Made by a program: the position numbers and the translations under genes
Source of the DNA: Abditibacterium sp.
GTDB lineage: Bacteria; Armatimonadota; Abditibacteriia; Abditibacteriales; Abditibacteriaceae
Length of the DNA stretch: 64,000 nucleotides
Direction: 5' to 3'
Assembly (NCBI GenBank): GCA_965246885.1
Contig: OZ251992.1
Location: forward strand, 1,632,001 to 1,696,000
In this document: positions 28,562 to 38,145 of the stretch, piece after piece
Position numbering within the stretch: the stretch's first letter is position 1
Layout: each line of letters begins with the position of its first letter
Notes under the pieces: model-generated
Seen by the model: the letters and a program-made list of their open reading frames with translations, nothing else
Told to the model about the DNA's origin: nothing
Databases searched by the model: none

Positions 28562-30814
28562 ATGAAGAATTGGCGAATCGTGTTGGGGATGGCGGTCGGG
28601 GTGGGCGGGAGCTTGCTCCCGGCCCGCGCGCAGGTTTTCATTAAGCCGACTGGCTTTAAAGCGATGCCCGTGCGCGTGCAGAGTCTGCACGCCGATGTGG
28701 ACATCGTGGGCGCTGTCGCGGTCACGCACTGGTCGCTCAAGGCCCAGTTGGAAACCGCCAGATTCGGCGGCGGTGTGAGCGACTTCGTCCTCGCGCGTCC
28801 CGTAGATGCCAAGGTGACGGCGTTCAGCGTGTTGCAAGGGCAGAACACTTTGTTTGGTAACGTAGTTGAACGCGCCGCTATCGCGCCCGTCGTGACATTC
28901 CCAACGGCCAAGGATGACCCGCTGCTGCTCAGTGGCCTGACCGAGCGCAACTCCTTTCACGCCACCATTTACCCGTTTCCCGCGTATTGGGACGAGGCTA
29001 CTTTCAGTGGGACGTGGGTGCAACTCCTCCATCCCTCGGCCAACGGCGCGGCGACGTTCCGCTTGCCGCTTCTGTCGCTCAAAGGCGCCACTATGCGCGT
29101 GCCGGAGCTAAACGTGCGGGTTTCCGTCCACGACGGCGCGTGGGGCGCGGCCTCCAACTCGTATGAGTTACCCGTTGGACGGCAAGGCGACGCGCGGGTG
29201 TGGACGCTTGGCCAAAAAGGTTACCGCGTCACGCACGACCTGTCCTTTGCGCTGCGCCCCGCAAGGGCGCTTTCGCCGCTCCCGTTCTTGATGTCGGCTG
29301 ATGGGCATTTCGCCTTGTCGTTTGTGGCGCCCGCCACGTTGCGCAACCCGCGCGTGGTGGGCGTGGGCATCCAAAGCAGCACGGCGAGTTCCCGTTCCGT
29401 GCGCCGGGGCGAACTGGTCAGCGTGGTGGGCACTTTCGCGGGCGACCCCAACACGCTACGCGCCCACTTGTCCGCCGATGGGTTAAGGCGCGAGATGCCG
29501 CTCATTCCCGTTCCGAACGAGGCGGCGCGCGGGTTGTGGGCGACGGCGCAAATCAATGCTCTGGCCGCGCGCAAAGGGAGCCGCGCCCAAGTTGTCGCGC
29601 TGAGCAAACGCTTCGCGGTCGCTTCGCCCTACACGACGTGGCTGTGCGTGGGCGACGAGGACTTGCGCATTTACCGCCACGCCCTCGTGTCGGCGCAACT
29701 CGACCCCCTCGTGCGCGAGTATTGGATGAGCGTCGCGCGCGGGCAAGAGAAGGGCGCCCGCGCCGCGCGGCTCCAACACGCCATCGCGCAAATCAGCCGG
29801 GGCAACGGCTTAAACGTCGAGGACGAGCTTTATGTGCGCTTGGGCAGCGCTTACAAATACGTCCTCTGGCAGAAATACGACGACTATAGCCCGAACAAAA
29901 AGCAGAACCACATCGGCGCCGACGCCCGCATCACCCGCCTGCGGGCCAAAATGCAGCATTACGTCCAAGCCAAATCCGGCGTCAAGCCCGAATCCTCCGT
30001 TGACTGGTATACCGGCTTCAACCGCGATAAGATGCACGACTTGCGCGAGAAAATCAAGGCCGCCTACCGCGCGCCGCATCCCGACTACGCGCAAATCAGC
30101 AAGTGGGAACACCGCTTCGCTCAGCTTTACGGCAGCACAGATGTCGACCCGCGCTTGGAGTTTTGGCGCGTGCGCGTCAACTCGCAGAATCTGGAATTGC
30201 AGACGACGCGCGCCGAAAAATCGGGCGACAAAACGCTCCTCGCGGCCTTGCAGAAGGAGCGCAAAGAGATTACGAGCGGCCTTTACTTCACCAACAACAT
30301 CGGCGACCCGCCGATTTATGTCCAGGCGCCCGCCGATGCGCGCGAAGTGGTGGCGGTCATGCCCGATGGCCAAGTGAAGACGCTCGATTACAACGCCGCG
30401 CAAAAGCGGTGGGAAGGGAACTACGACGTGCCCGTCGGCACGCGCGACGGCGATTACCGCATCCACATCGTTGCTGTGTTCGCCGACGGCTCGCGCCATG
30501 TTCACGACCAAGCGTTTCGCGTGGACACGCACGCTCCGACGGGGCGCGGGGTGGTGCAATGGTCGCCGCGCGGCGACGGAGCGCTGCGCTTGGAAGTCGC
30601 GGGCGGCGGCGATGTCGCGTTCGTGTCGGCGCTACTGCCTTGGGGCGAGAAGGTGGCGCTGCTGCCTTCGACGCAGGCAGGTAACTCGTTTTTTGGCCTC
30701 GCTCAGGCGCCCGCGCAGTGGCGGGGTCAGCCCATCGCCGTCCACTTCGTGTTGGCAGACGGCGCGCACAACACCACCGCCATCGCGGTCGAGGCGACGG
30801 AGGGCGCGCGGTGA
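28562..30814 (+). CDS. secreted VIT-like protein with C-terminal beta-sandwich domains, no vWA MIDAS
   Basis: signal peptide; DPLLL and IYP VIT-like motifs; LSKRFAVASPYTTWL; GDP...WEGNYDVP. Confidence 0.62.
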   Translation: MKNWRIVLGMAVGVGGSLLPARAQVFIKPTGFKAMPVRVQSLHADVDIVGAVAVTHWSLKAQLETARFGGGVSDFVLARPVDAKVTAFSVLQGQNTLFGNVVERAAIAPVVTFPTAKDDPLLLSGLTERNSFHATIYPFPAYWDEATFSGTWVQLLHPSANGAATFRLPLLSLKGATMRVPELNVRVSVHDGAWGAASNSYELPVGRQGDARVWTLGQKGYRVTHDLSFALRPARALSPLPFLMSADGHFALSFVAPATLRNPRVVGVGIQSSTASSRSVRRGELVSVVGTFAGDPNTLRAHLSADGLRREMPLIPVPNEAARGLWATAQINALAARKGSRAQVVALSKRFAVASPYTTWLCVGDEDLRIYRHALVSAQLDPLVREYWMSVARGQEKGARAARLQHAIAQISRGNGLNVEDELYVRLGSAYKYVLWQKYDDYSPNKKQNHIGADARITRLRAKMQHYVQAKSGVKPESSVDWYTGFNRDKMHDLREKIKAAYRAPHPDYAQISKWEHRFAQLYGSTDVDPRLEFWRVRVNSQNLELQTTRAEKSGDKTLLAALQKERKEITSGLYFTNNIGDPPIYVQAPADAREVVAVMPDGQVKTLDYNAAQKRWEGNYDVPVGTRDGDYRIHIVAVFADGSRHVHDQAFRVDTHAPTGRGVVQWSPRGDGALRLEVAGGGDVAFVSALLPWGEKVALLPSTQAGNSFFGLAQAPAQWRGQPIAVHFVLADGAHNTTAIAVEATEGAR

Positions 30815-32223
30815 AATACGTCTATGTGGCGGCGCTTGCGGCGATTCTCTCCTTGGGTGCGCTCCGTCTGGGGAGCGGTGCGGCCCATTCGCCCATACCG
30901 CGTGACGCCGATTTCTCCTCGACGCGCGAGGTGCGCTCCTTGGGTGTCGGGGCCGATGGAACATTGTGGGCGCGCACGAGTGGCGGTGCCCTGCGCTGGC
31001 AACGCGGCGCGTGGACGAAGTTTGCCGCCGCTCCGCTTCCGACCGCATCGAACGCCCCGACGTGGCGCGGGCAGAGCGTGACGTGGTCGTTCGATGGGCT
31101 GACCGTTGGCGGGCGGCGCGTTCCATTTCCGCCCTCGCGCGGCACGCATATCAGCGCCGTTTTGCCGCGCGGCAAAGCGTTGTGGGCCGCCGTGTTTGGC
31201 GACGGGATCTGGGCGTGGAACGGAGCACGTTGGGCGCGGCCCGCGTTGGGGTTGCCCCCGCAAGCGCGCGACATCACGGCGCTTGCGCAAAGCCGCGACG
31301 CCGCAACCGTGTGGATGGGCACGCGACGCGCGGGCGTGTGGACACTTGGGCGCGGCATGTGGCGGCAACACGTGGAAGCCGACGAACCCTTTGCGAGCAA
31401 CATCCAATCGCTCCAATGGTTTCGCGGCGCGTTGTGGGCGGGCACCTTGGAAGACGGCTTGGTCGTCCACGACGCGAGCGGTTGGAAGCATATCGGCAAA
31501 GGCGACCTGTCCTCGAACGCGCCGCGCCAGATGGTGGTGTTCCGGGGCAAGTTGTATGTGCGCCACTCCGACGAAGTCGTAGACCAGTTCGACGGCACGA
31601 CATGGAAGCGCAACGTGTTCCCGCTTTTGCCGCGCAAGCAGATCATCTCCATCGCCGCCGACGGGGAGCGCTTGTATTTGGGGCAATGGGGCGGCTGGAG
31701 CGAGTGGGACGGGCGCACCTTCTCCCATCACCTGCGTTTGCCGGAACTACAGATCGTGCCCCTCTTGCATATCCTTCCCGATGGCAAAAACTTGTGGTTG
31801 GGAACGGAGAATCGGGGCCTGTTTCGGTGGAATCGTCGCGCCCATGCACTCGAACGCTTCGACGAACGCGACGGCTTGCCGCAAGACTGGATGTCCGCCC
31901 TCGCGCAAAGCGACGGCGTGCTGGTGGCCGGAACTTTCGGTGCCGGTCTCGCGTGGCGCGCGAAGAACCAAACCGCGTGGCACACCGTGCCGCCTTTGAG
32001 CGCGACGGGCATCTCCGCCCTCGCTTCCGATGACGAAGGCCGCACATGGATCGGCACGCGCTCCGGCGTGTGGTGCCGCGACGCACGGGGGGCAATCACC
32101 GCCCGCAACTTGGGCGATAAACGCGAAGTGCAAGTCTTACTGTGGACGCCCGACGGCCTGTGGATCGGCGCGCGCGATGGCCTCTCATTTCGCTCACGCG
32201 CGATGCTTGACCACTTCTCGTAG
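30811..32223 (+). CDS. secreted beta-propeller protein (two-component regulator propeller-like repeats)
   Basis: GTG start overlaps the upstream stop; repeated (L/V)WxGTxxG units; DGLPQDW. Confidence 0.75.
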   Translation: MKYVYVAALAAILSLGALRLGSGAAHSPIPRDADFSSTREVRSLGVGADGTLWARTSGGALRWQRGAWTKFAAAPLPTASNAPTWRGQSVTWSFDGLTVGGRRVPFPPSRGTHISAVLPRGKALWAAVFGDGIWAWNGARWARPALGLPPQARDITALAQSRDAATVWMGTRRAGVWTLGRGMWRQHVEADEPFASNIQSLQWFRGALWAGTLEDGLVVHDASGWKHIGKGDLSSNAPRQMVVFRGKLYVRHSDEVVDQFDGTTWKRNVFPLLPRKQIISIAADGERLYLGQWGGWSEWDGRTFSHHLRLPELQIVPLLHILPDGKNLWLGTENRGLFRWNRRAHALERFDERDGLPQDWMSALAQSDGVLVAGTFGAGLAWRAKNQTAWHTVPPLSATGISALASDDEGRTWIGTRSGVWCRDARGAITARNLGDKREVQVLLWTPDGLWIGARDGLSFRSRAMLDHFS

Positions 32224-32316
32224 ACCGCAAAAAGCGGGGCTGCTGCCCTCTTCCAATCCAGTCGATGCAGTGCCCCGATTGGAAGAGGGCAGCAGCCCCG
32301 CTTTTTGCGGTCTACG
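32219..32316. repeat. perfect 40-bp inverted repeat with 18-nt loop and GTAG/CTAC ends
   Basis: arms 32219-32258 and 32277-32316. Confidence 0.92.
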
Positions 32317-32363
32317 CGTTGTGGCGAATCGGGTGCATCAAGGGTTTCGATTTTTGAGGTTCT

Positions 32364-33503
32364 ATGCCCATTTCCACCATCAATTCGTATTTGAAAGTGA
32401 TGCAACAGTTCGCGCAGCATTGGACGCAGGTCAACGCGCGCGGGCCACATCTCGCGGTTCGTTCTGACGAGGGGGACGAGGGGGACGAGGAGCGCGGAGC
32501 GGCGCCGGGCGCGCCGTTCGTGTTGCCGGACGGTTACAGCTTGCAGCAGTTGCAAGCCGATCAGCAAACCCTCGCCACCCTCATCACGACGGCGACGGCG
32601 CAAGGGGGCACCGCCAGCAACGCTTCGCAGGCGTACAAGGTGCTGCGCGCCAAGGTGCGCGGGCATTTGCAAATGCTGCGCGATTGGGTGTTGTTTTCGC
32701 TGCCGGGTTCGTCGTATGCGCGGGCGTTTCCCAAATTGCCGCGCGACAGCAAAAACGATAAAAAGCTGTTCGCGGCGTTGGATGTCGGCCTGCAACTGTG
32801 GACGCAGATTCGCAACGACCCGACGCTGCCTGATGCGTCCCGCTTTTTCAACTTGCGCGATGGCACCACCATCGTGGGGTATGGAAGCGAAATCTCCCAG
32901 CTTCGCGCGCTGCAATCGTCCAGCACGAGCACCGGCAAAACGGCGGGCGTGTCGCGCGCCCAACGCGACGCGATGCTCTTGCCCATTCGCGCGCGGTTGG
33001 TCGCTTATCGTATGGGCATCCCCGCCATGCTCGGCCCGACCGACCCGCTCACGAAATCGTTGCCCAAGGTGTATGGCTCCAAAAGCGCCACGCCCGGCGC
33101 CGTGACCCTCACGGCCAATTACGACGCCGCCACCAAAACGGCGACCTTTGCGTGGACGGCTTCGAGCGACCCGAAAGTGGCGCGCTACCGCGTACGGATT
33201 TGCGTCGGCGCGAAGTGGAAAGAAGCCAACGTGCGCGCAAACGTGAACGTGGCGGTGAACACCCTGACATGGAGCACCAGCGATTTGGCGGCGGGCGGCA
33301 GCTACTGCGTCAAGGTCTACGCCGTTTTAAACAACGGCCAAGCGCGCGGCTCGCTTCCCGTCGCCCTGAGCATCCCCGCCGCCAAGAGCGCGACTCTTTC
33401 CCTGAGCGACCTGCTCGCCCACCCCTTCCCCACCGACAACCACGCGGGCGAATTAGTCGGGGTCAACGGCCACGCGAACGGACATGCGAACGGGCACATT
33501 TAA
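32364..33503 (+). CDS. hypothetical protein: helical N-domain plus fibronectin-III-like C-domain
   Basis: PGAVTL...WTAS.DP...Y.V...Y.VKV pattern; no signal peptide. Confidence 0.7.
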   Translation: MPISTINSYLKVMQQFAQHWTQVNARGPHLAVRSDEGDEGDEERGAAPGAPFVLPDGYSLQQLQADQQTLATLITTATAQGGTASNASQAYKVLRAKVRGHLQMLRDWVLFSLPGSSYARAFPKLPRDSKNDKKLFAALDVGLQLWTQIRNDPTLPDASRFFNLRDGTTIVGYGSEISQLRALQSSSTSTGKTAGVSRAQRDAMLLPIRARLVAYRMGIPAMLGPTDPLTKSLPKVYGSKSATPGAVTLTANYDAATKTATFAWTASSDPKVARYRVRICVGAKWKEANVRANVNVAVNTLTWSTSDLAAGGSYCVKVYAVLNNGQARGSLPVALSIPAAKSATLSLSDLLAHPFPTDNHAGELVGVNGHANGHANGHI

Positions 33504-33506
33504 CGC

Positions 33507-33542
33507 CAAAAGCGCCGCGACTGAGAAGTCGCGGCGCTTTTG
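33507..33542. terminator. bidirectional intrinsic terminator
   Basis: CAAAAGCGCCGCGACT-GAGA-AGTCGCGGCGCTTTTG between convergent genes. Confidence 0.82.
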
Positions 33543-33606
33543 TTTGGAGTGCGCCCGTAAGGGCGTGGATGTCTCGCGTTTACGCCCTTACGGGCGCACT
33601 CCGAAC
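33542..33606. repeat. REP-like doublet (GGAG type)
   Basis: GTTTGGAGTGCGCCCGTAAGGGCGT...ACGCCCTTACGGGCGCACTCCGAAC. Confidence 0.85.
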
Positions 33607-34622
33607 TACAAGCCCCGGCTGGCCATGTGGTTGATGAGGTCGGCGACGCGGTTGGAGTAGCCCCACTCGTTGTCATACCAACTGAAGACTTTGAGGAAGT
33701 GGTCGCCCATCGTGAGGGTGGACTTGGCGTCCACAATCGAGGAGAACGGGTTGCCTTTGAAGTCCACGCTGACGAGTTCTTCGTGTTCGACGTGCAAGAT
33801 GCCTTTCATCGGGCCATCGGCGGCGGCTTGGAAGGCGGCGTTGATGGTGTCAACCGTGACGGGACGGGTGGTGTTCACGGTCAAGTCAACGATGGACACG
33901 ACGGGCGTTGGGACGCGAATCGAGGTGCCGTGCATTTTGCCCTTGAGTTCGGGAATGACGAGCGCGATGGCTTTGGCGGCGCCGGTCGAAGTCGGAATCA
34001 TGCTTTGCGTGGCGGAGCGGGCGCGACGGATGTCTTCGTGGACTTGGTCTTGGATGCGCTGGTCATTGGTGTAAGCGTGGATGGTGGTCATCAGGCCGGT
34101 TTCAATGCCGAAAGTGTCGAGCAAAACTTTGGCGATGGGCGCGAGGCAGTTCGTCGTGCAACTCGCGTTCGAGATGACGTAGTGCTTGGCGGGGTCGTAA
34201 AGGTCGGCGTTGACGCCCATGAGGAGCGTGGCGTCCTCGTTTTTGGCGGGCGCCGAAATCACGACGCGCTTGGCGCCGCCTTCGTCTATGTGAGCGCGCG
34301 CTTTGTGGGCGTCGGTGAAAAACCCGGTGGATTCGACGACGACATCCACGCCCATGCTGCCCCAAGGAATGTTGCCGGGGTTGCGCTCGGCAAAAACCCG
34401 GACATGTTCGCCGTCCACGATGAAGCCGTTCTCTTCGAGTTCGACCGAGTGCTTGAAGTGGCCGTAGTTAGAATCGTGCTTGAGCAGATGGGCGTTGGTT
34501 TTGGGGTCTGAAAGGTCATTGATGGCGACGACGTCTATCTGGTCGCCGTAGCGTTCGGTGAGCGCGCGAAAGGTGATGCGCCCGATGCGTCCGAACCCGT
34601 TGATACCGACTTTAATTGGCAT
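33606..34622 (-). CDS. gap: glyceraldehyde-3-phosphate dehydrogenase, type I
   Basis: [25 protein letters not shown] and WYDNEWGYS. Confidence 0.99.
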   Translation of the reverse strand: MPIKVGINGFGRIGRITFRALTERYGDQIDVVAINDLSDPKTNAHLLKHDSNYGHFKHSVELEENGFIVDGEHVRVFAERNPGNIPWGSMGVDVVVESTGFFTDAHKARAHIDEGGAKRVVISAPAKNEDATLLMGVNADLYDPAKHYVISNASCTTNCLAPIAKVLLDTFGIETGLMTTIHAYTNDQRIQDQVHEDIRRARSATQSMIPTSTGAAKAIALVIPELKGKMHGTSIRVPTPVVSIVDLTVNTTRPVTVDTINAAFQAAADGPMKGILHVEHEELVSVDFKGNPFSSIVDAKSTLTMGDHFLKVFSWYDNEWGYSNRVADLINHMASRGL

Positions 34623-34721
34623 GATGTGGTGAAAAGCTCCTCCCTCGCCCCGCCATTAAGTGGGGCAGTCAAAGCGCCGCGAGTATACAAGAGCCGTTTT
34701 TCCGGCTTTTAAACTGGGGGC

Positions 34722-35609
34722 ATGAGCGATTTTTTGTTGGAGAGTTGGGAAGTGCCGCGCAACGCGGATACAAGTAAAAAGCTCCTGTGGGCCGACTTTG
34801 GCCCGGTTGAGTGGAACAGCGAAAAGACCTTGGTCGCGGCACTTGGCGTGCGACTCCAATCGGGCGCAGTAGTCGCGTTCTTCTACCCTGAAGGGGTTGA
34901 GGCCAATTTCGCGGTGCTGATTAGTCAATCGCTTTGCCCCTTTAACGCGCGATTGGACGGCGGCAAATTGGAGCGTGTCGTAAGGAAGGCCATTAGAGGG
35001 GAGGAGTTCTCCTTCGGGCGATTCTTTCATCTGGAAGGGCAAACGTGTTTGATGCGCGCGAGCGAGACAAGCTGGGTCGCGCCGCGCAAGCAGCAGTCAG
35101 ATTCCGTGTTTAGCTTGCCTTTCGACGTTTTGGCTGACCCATCGGCGCGGGTCTTCGACTGGCTGCAAACACAGTGGAATATTTCCAACTCCGAAGTACG
35201 CTTTTCGTGGGAGTGGAACCGTAAAAGCCCATCCCAGCGCCAAACATTCTTGGAAGAACACGTTCCGCGTTGGCGCGAATTATCTGAAATGATGCGCTTC
35301 GCTGCGATTGTGGAAGAGTTGCCTTCGGAAGCGTTATGGATATTAGATCATGTTGACACCTACAATCACTCGCCCGACCTTTTGGCTCGGCTTAAGCCTT
35401 GGCGAGAGTTGCTCTGCGCGCATTTTCTTCCGTTCGAGCCGTTTCCCGTATCGGCGCCGGAGTGTTTGCGCGACTACTTCGCGTTCATCTCGAACCACGT
35501 CTCAGTTGTAGGCCAACCGTTAACTCGACACGAGCGCCTTGAAGCGCGGCTTCACTTGCGCGAGTGGCTCGAACGGAACGCGCCAGAGCGGATGGAATTG
35601 TTGCCTTGA
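34722..35609 (+). CDS. hypothetical protein, paralogue A (C-terminal HERLEARL tail)
   Basis: 295-aa ATG ORF sharing motifs with the next gene. Confidence 0.75.
   Translation: MSDFLLESWEVPRNADTSKKLLWADFGPVEWNSEKTLVAALGVRLQSGAVVAFFYPEGVEANFAVLISQSLCPFNARLDGGKLERVVRKAIRGEEFSFGRFFHLEGQTCLMRASETSWVAPRKQQSDSVFSLPFDVLADPSARVFDWLQTQWNISNSEVRFSWEWNRKSPSQRQTFLEEHVPRWRELSEMMRFAAIVEELPSEALWILDHVDTYNHSPDLLARLKPWRELLCAHFLPFEPFPVSAPECLRDYFAFISNHVSVVGQPLTRHERLEARLHLREWLERNAPERMELLP
35529..35596 (+). repeat. 68-bp direct repeat, copy 1
   Basis: 65/68 identical to 36525-36592. Confidence 0.95.
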
Positions 35610-35618
35610 ACGCGAGCG

Positions 35619-36611
35619 GTGGAAACTGGGAGTATGCTTGAGTTCAAGTTGGAGCCTTGGGAATGTTTGTCTTCGGAGGCCTCCGCCGAGCCGGATGCCC
35701 TCGCCGAGGTTGTTTGGCGTGGCGCGCGGCGCATGATGATGTTGCGCGTCGTGCGCTTCAAGGCTCTTGCTGACTACGGCTACACCTTCGCCCGCGAAGT
35801 CGGCTCAAACTGCGTGGGAAGTTGGCTGCTTGTGGAACGGTGCGGCGAACGCTGGGAGCCTTGGAATCGCGGGCGAGGTGAAAGACTTCCACTCGAAAGC
35901 GCCTTTGGAGGGGTGGAAAGCGGCGAGGTCGAACTGGCGCGCTTCTGCAAGGTGGAACACCTCGGATTAAGGCGCAACGCCTTCACTTTGTCGAGCGGGG
36001 AGAGCGTGTGGTTCAGCGTCGGGGAGCATTATCAAGTGCCGTTCGACCTCTTCTTGAGCCAAGAAGAGTTCTTTGGGGATGGTGAGGCCCACTTTCGGCG
36101 GCTCGTGGAAGAGTTCGTGCGGCCCGACTCCGATGCGCGCTTTTCCATGAACTGGATGCTTTGGTCAACGGACGACGAGCAGGAATACCTATTTGGAAGT
36201 GCGGGGTTCCGAGAATTGAAAGCGTTGTTGCGCTCTGTTCTTTGGAGCGAACCCCGCATCTGGCAACTGGCCGACCATTTCCAGTGGAAGTTGTGGGAAG
36301 AGGGCAGGGGGTATAGTCGCTTCTACTCGATTACAAAGTCAGTGGCTGACACCTTGAGGAATGATCTGCCACGCTTGCAAGGCATCGCGGAAGAGATCGT
36401 TCGCAAATGGCCGTTAGCCGTTTCGCAGCACGACTTAGACGCGCATCGTTGCTTGCGGGAGAGCCTACGCGGGAACCGCTACTGGCCGCTCGTCGAAGTG
36501 CGTTCGCCCCTTCATCTATCAGCCCACGAGCGCCTTGAAGCGCGCCTTCAATTGCGCGATTGGCTCGAACGGAACGCGCCAGAGCGGATGGAGGAGCTTT
36601 TGCCTTCCTGA
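35619..36611 (+). CDS. hypothetical protein, paralogue B (C-terminal HERLEARL tail)
   Basis: 330-aa ORF; start may be ATG 35634 after GGGAG. Confidence 0.75.
   Translation: METGSMLEFKLEPWECLSSEASAEPDALAEVVWRGARRMMMLRVVRFKALADYGYTFAREVGSNCVGSWLLVERCGERWEPWNRGRGERLPLESAFGGVESGEVELARFCKVEHLGLRRNAFTLSSGESVWFSVGEHYQVPFDLFLSQEEFFGDGEAHFRRLVEEFVRPDSDARFSMNWMLWSTDDEQEYLFGSAGFRELKALLRSVLWSEPRIWQLADHFQWKLWEEGRGYSRFYSITKSVADTLRNDLPRLQGIAEEIVRKWPLAVSQHDLDAHRCLRESLRGNRYWPLVEVRSPLHLSAHERLEARLQLRDWLERNAPERMEELLPS
36525..36592 (+). repeat. 68-bp direct repeat, copy 2
   Basis: 65/68 identical to 35529-35596. Confidence 0.95.
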
Positions 36612-37765
36612 GCCGCGCGACCTTGCCACCAGAGTAGGGCGAGGGCGGGGGCGTAGAAGAAGAGTTGCATGAGAACGGGGCAGGCTTGGAAGAGGCCGAA
36701 CGGCAAATCGGCGGGGAAGGCGAGGGGGTTGATGCCGAAAAACAGGAACACCCACGCGAAGCCGAGCCACTGGGCGCCGAGGAGAGCCGCCATTTGGCGG
36801 GCGTTGCGCGGGACGAGCATCAAGGGCAGCGTGTCGTAAAAGAACAGGTGCTGCGGCACGAGGCCCATGCCCAGCAGCAGCTTGCCGCCCGGTTTGCGAA
36901 CTTTCGGGAGCGCGAGAAGTAGCAGGAGCCAGCCGACGCCGTGCAAAAAGGGCGACGAGTAGGGCTGTTCCGTTTGGGCACGCACGGCGGCGAGCCAATC
37001 GCGCGGCCACGACGGAAGGAGCGCGAACGAGATGGCCAATAACAGTCCCGCGAGCGTGAGAAGCCCCACCCATTCGCGCCGCGACCGCTTCTTTTCGAGG
37101 GCGTGGAGCAGGAGCGGCAGGGCGATAGTTGGCTTGGCGACGCCCAAACCGAGGAGTGCGAAAAACCCCGCGCCCGCCGTCAGAAGCGGCGCCCACTGGC
37201 CGACATTCAAGGCGACATGAAACGCCGGTGACAAGAGAATTCCCAACTTCCAAGGCGCGAAATCGGCGCAAAAGAGCAGCGACGCCGCCAATAGCGCGCC
37301 GCTCACGCCCATAAAAACTGCTCCTGCCAACGCCGGAGACAACGGGCCGCACCATGCCGGGGGAAGCGGATACCTCGCTCCCCACGCGCGCAAGCGCGCC
37401 GGGTCGCCGCTCCGTTCGGCAGCGCGGCGCGCGGCTTCGGCAGGGGGCGTGCTCCAAGGCGGGCCAGCAATCAGGCGCTCATCCGGCCCCGCGAACAACG
37501 AGAATGGCCACGCGACAACCGCCGCCGGAAGCGGCGAGGGAAAGGGCGTTTGAAACGGGAAACGCCGCGTTTTGCCGACCGTCGGGTCACGGTAAGGGTT
37601 CAATCCCGCTCGCAAACGCGCCCCCGCCCGCAGGGGGAACGAAAAGTCCGACGCTTCCGCGTCGCGCCGCGCGATTTGAAACCACGACACGCCAAAGCAA
37701 AGGGCGCCGATAAAAAGGGCTAAAGCGACTTTGCCCGCTTGAGATGAAAGGAAACGCGCGCGCAC
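36548..37765 (-). CDS. polytopic membrane protein, GT-C/GT87-like
   Basis: SDF after TM1, G.NPY, P.P, GQW, KP and YD motifs; 64-bp convergent overlap with paralogue B. Confidence 0.65.
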   Translation of the reverse strand: MRARFLSSQAGKVALALFIGALCFGVSWFQIARRDAEASDFSFPLRAGARLRAGLNPYRDPTVGKTRRFPFQTPFPSPLPAAVVAWPFSLFAGPDERLIAGPPWSTPPAEAARRAAERSGDPARLRAWGARYPLPPAWCGPLSPALAGAVFMGVSGALLAASLLFCADFAPWKLGILLSPAFHVALNVGQWAPLLTAGAGFFALLGLGVAKPTIALPLLLHALEKKRSRREWVGLLTLAGLLLAISFALLPSWPRDWLAAVRAQTEQPYSSPFLHGVGWLLLLLALPKVRKPGGKLLLGMGLVPQHLFFYDTLPLMLVPRNARQMAALLGAQWLGFAWVFLFFGINPLAFPADLPFGLFQACPVLMQLFFYAPALALLWWQGRAAQEGKSSSIRSGAFRSSQSRN

Positions 37766-37783
37766 GGCGGGTATTTTACGGGG

Positions 37784-38110
37784 TTAGTCGCCGCGTGCAG
37801 GCTCTCCCGTCACCATTGCCATTAAGTCGCCTACCGTCTTGTGCGCTTCCAAGTCGTGGCGCAGAGGAATGGCGGGGTTGACTTCGTAGCGGTTGCGGCG
37901 GCCATCGCGGGAGCGGGCGATAACGCCTCCGGCTTCGAGGTCGCTCACGATGCGCTGCACGGCGCGCTCGGTGATGCCCACCCGCATCGCCACTTCGCGC
38001 AGCGTGTCGTCGCGGCCCTCGGCCAGACACAACAGGACGTGCGCGTGGTTGGTGAGAAACGTCCAGCCCGTCTCCACTTTGGGCAATGGTGTATCGAGCG
38101 TGCCGTTCAT
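37784..38110 (-). CDS. winged-helix (MarR/AsnC-like) transcriptional regulator
   Basis: WTFLTNHAHVL, GITERAVQRIV, GRRNRY and PLRH. Confidence 0.9.
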   Translation of the reverse strand: MNGTLDTPLPKVETGWTFLTNHAHVLLCLAEGRDDTLREVAMRVGITERAVQRIVSDLEAGGVIARSRDGRRNRYEVNPAIPLRHDLEAHKTVGDLMAMVTGEPARGD

Positions 38111-38145
38111 AGAACGGCACAGACGCACCGCCCTCGCGCAAGATT

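Noticed and set aside
35529..36592. Diversity-generating retroelement TR/VR pair
   Set aside because: The three mismatches (G/C, C/A, G/T) are not adenine-specific, and no reverse transcriptase is present.
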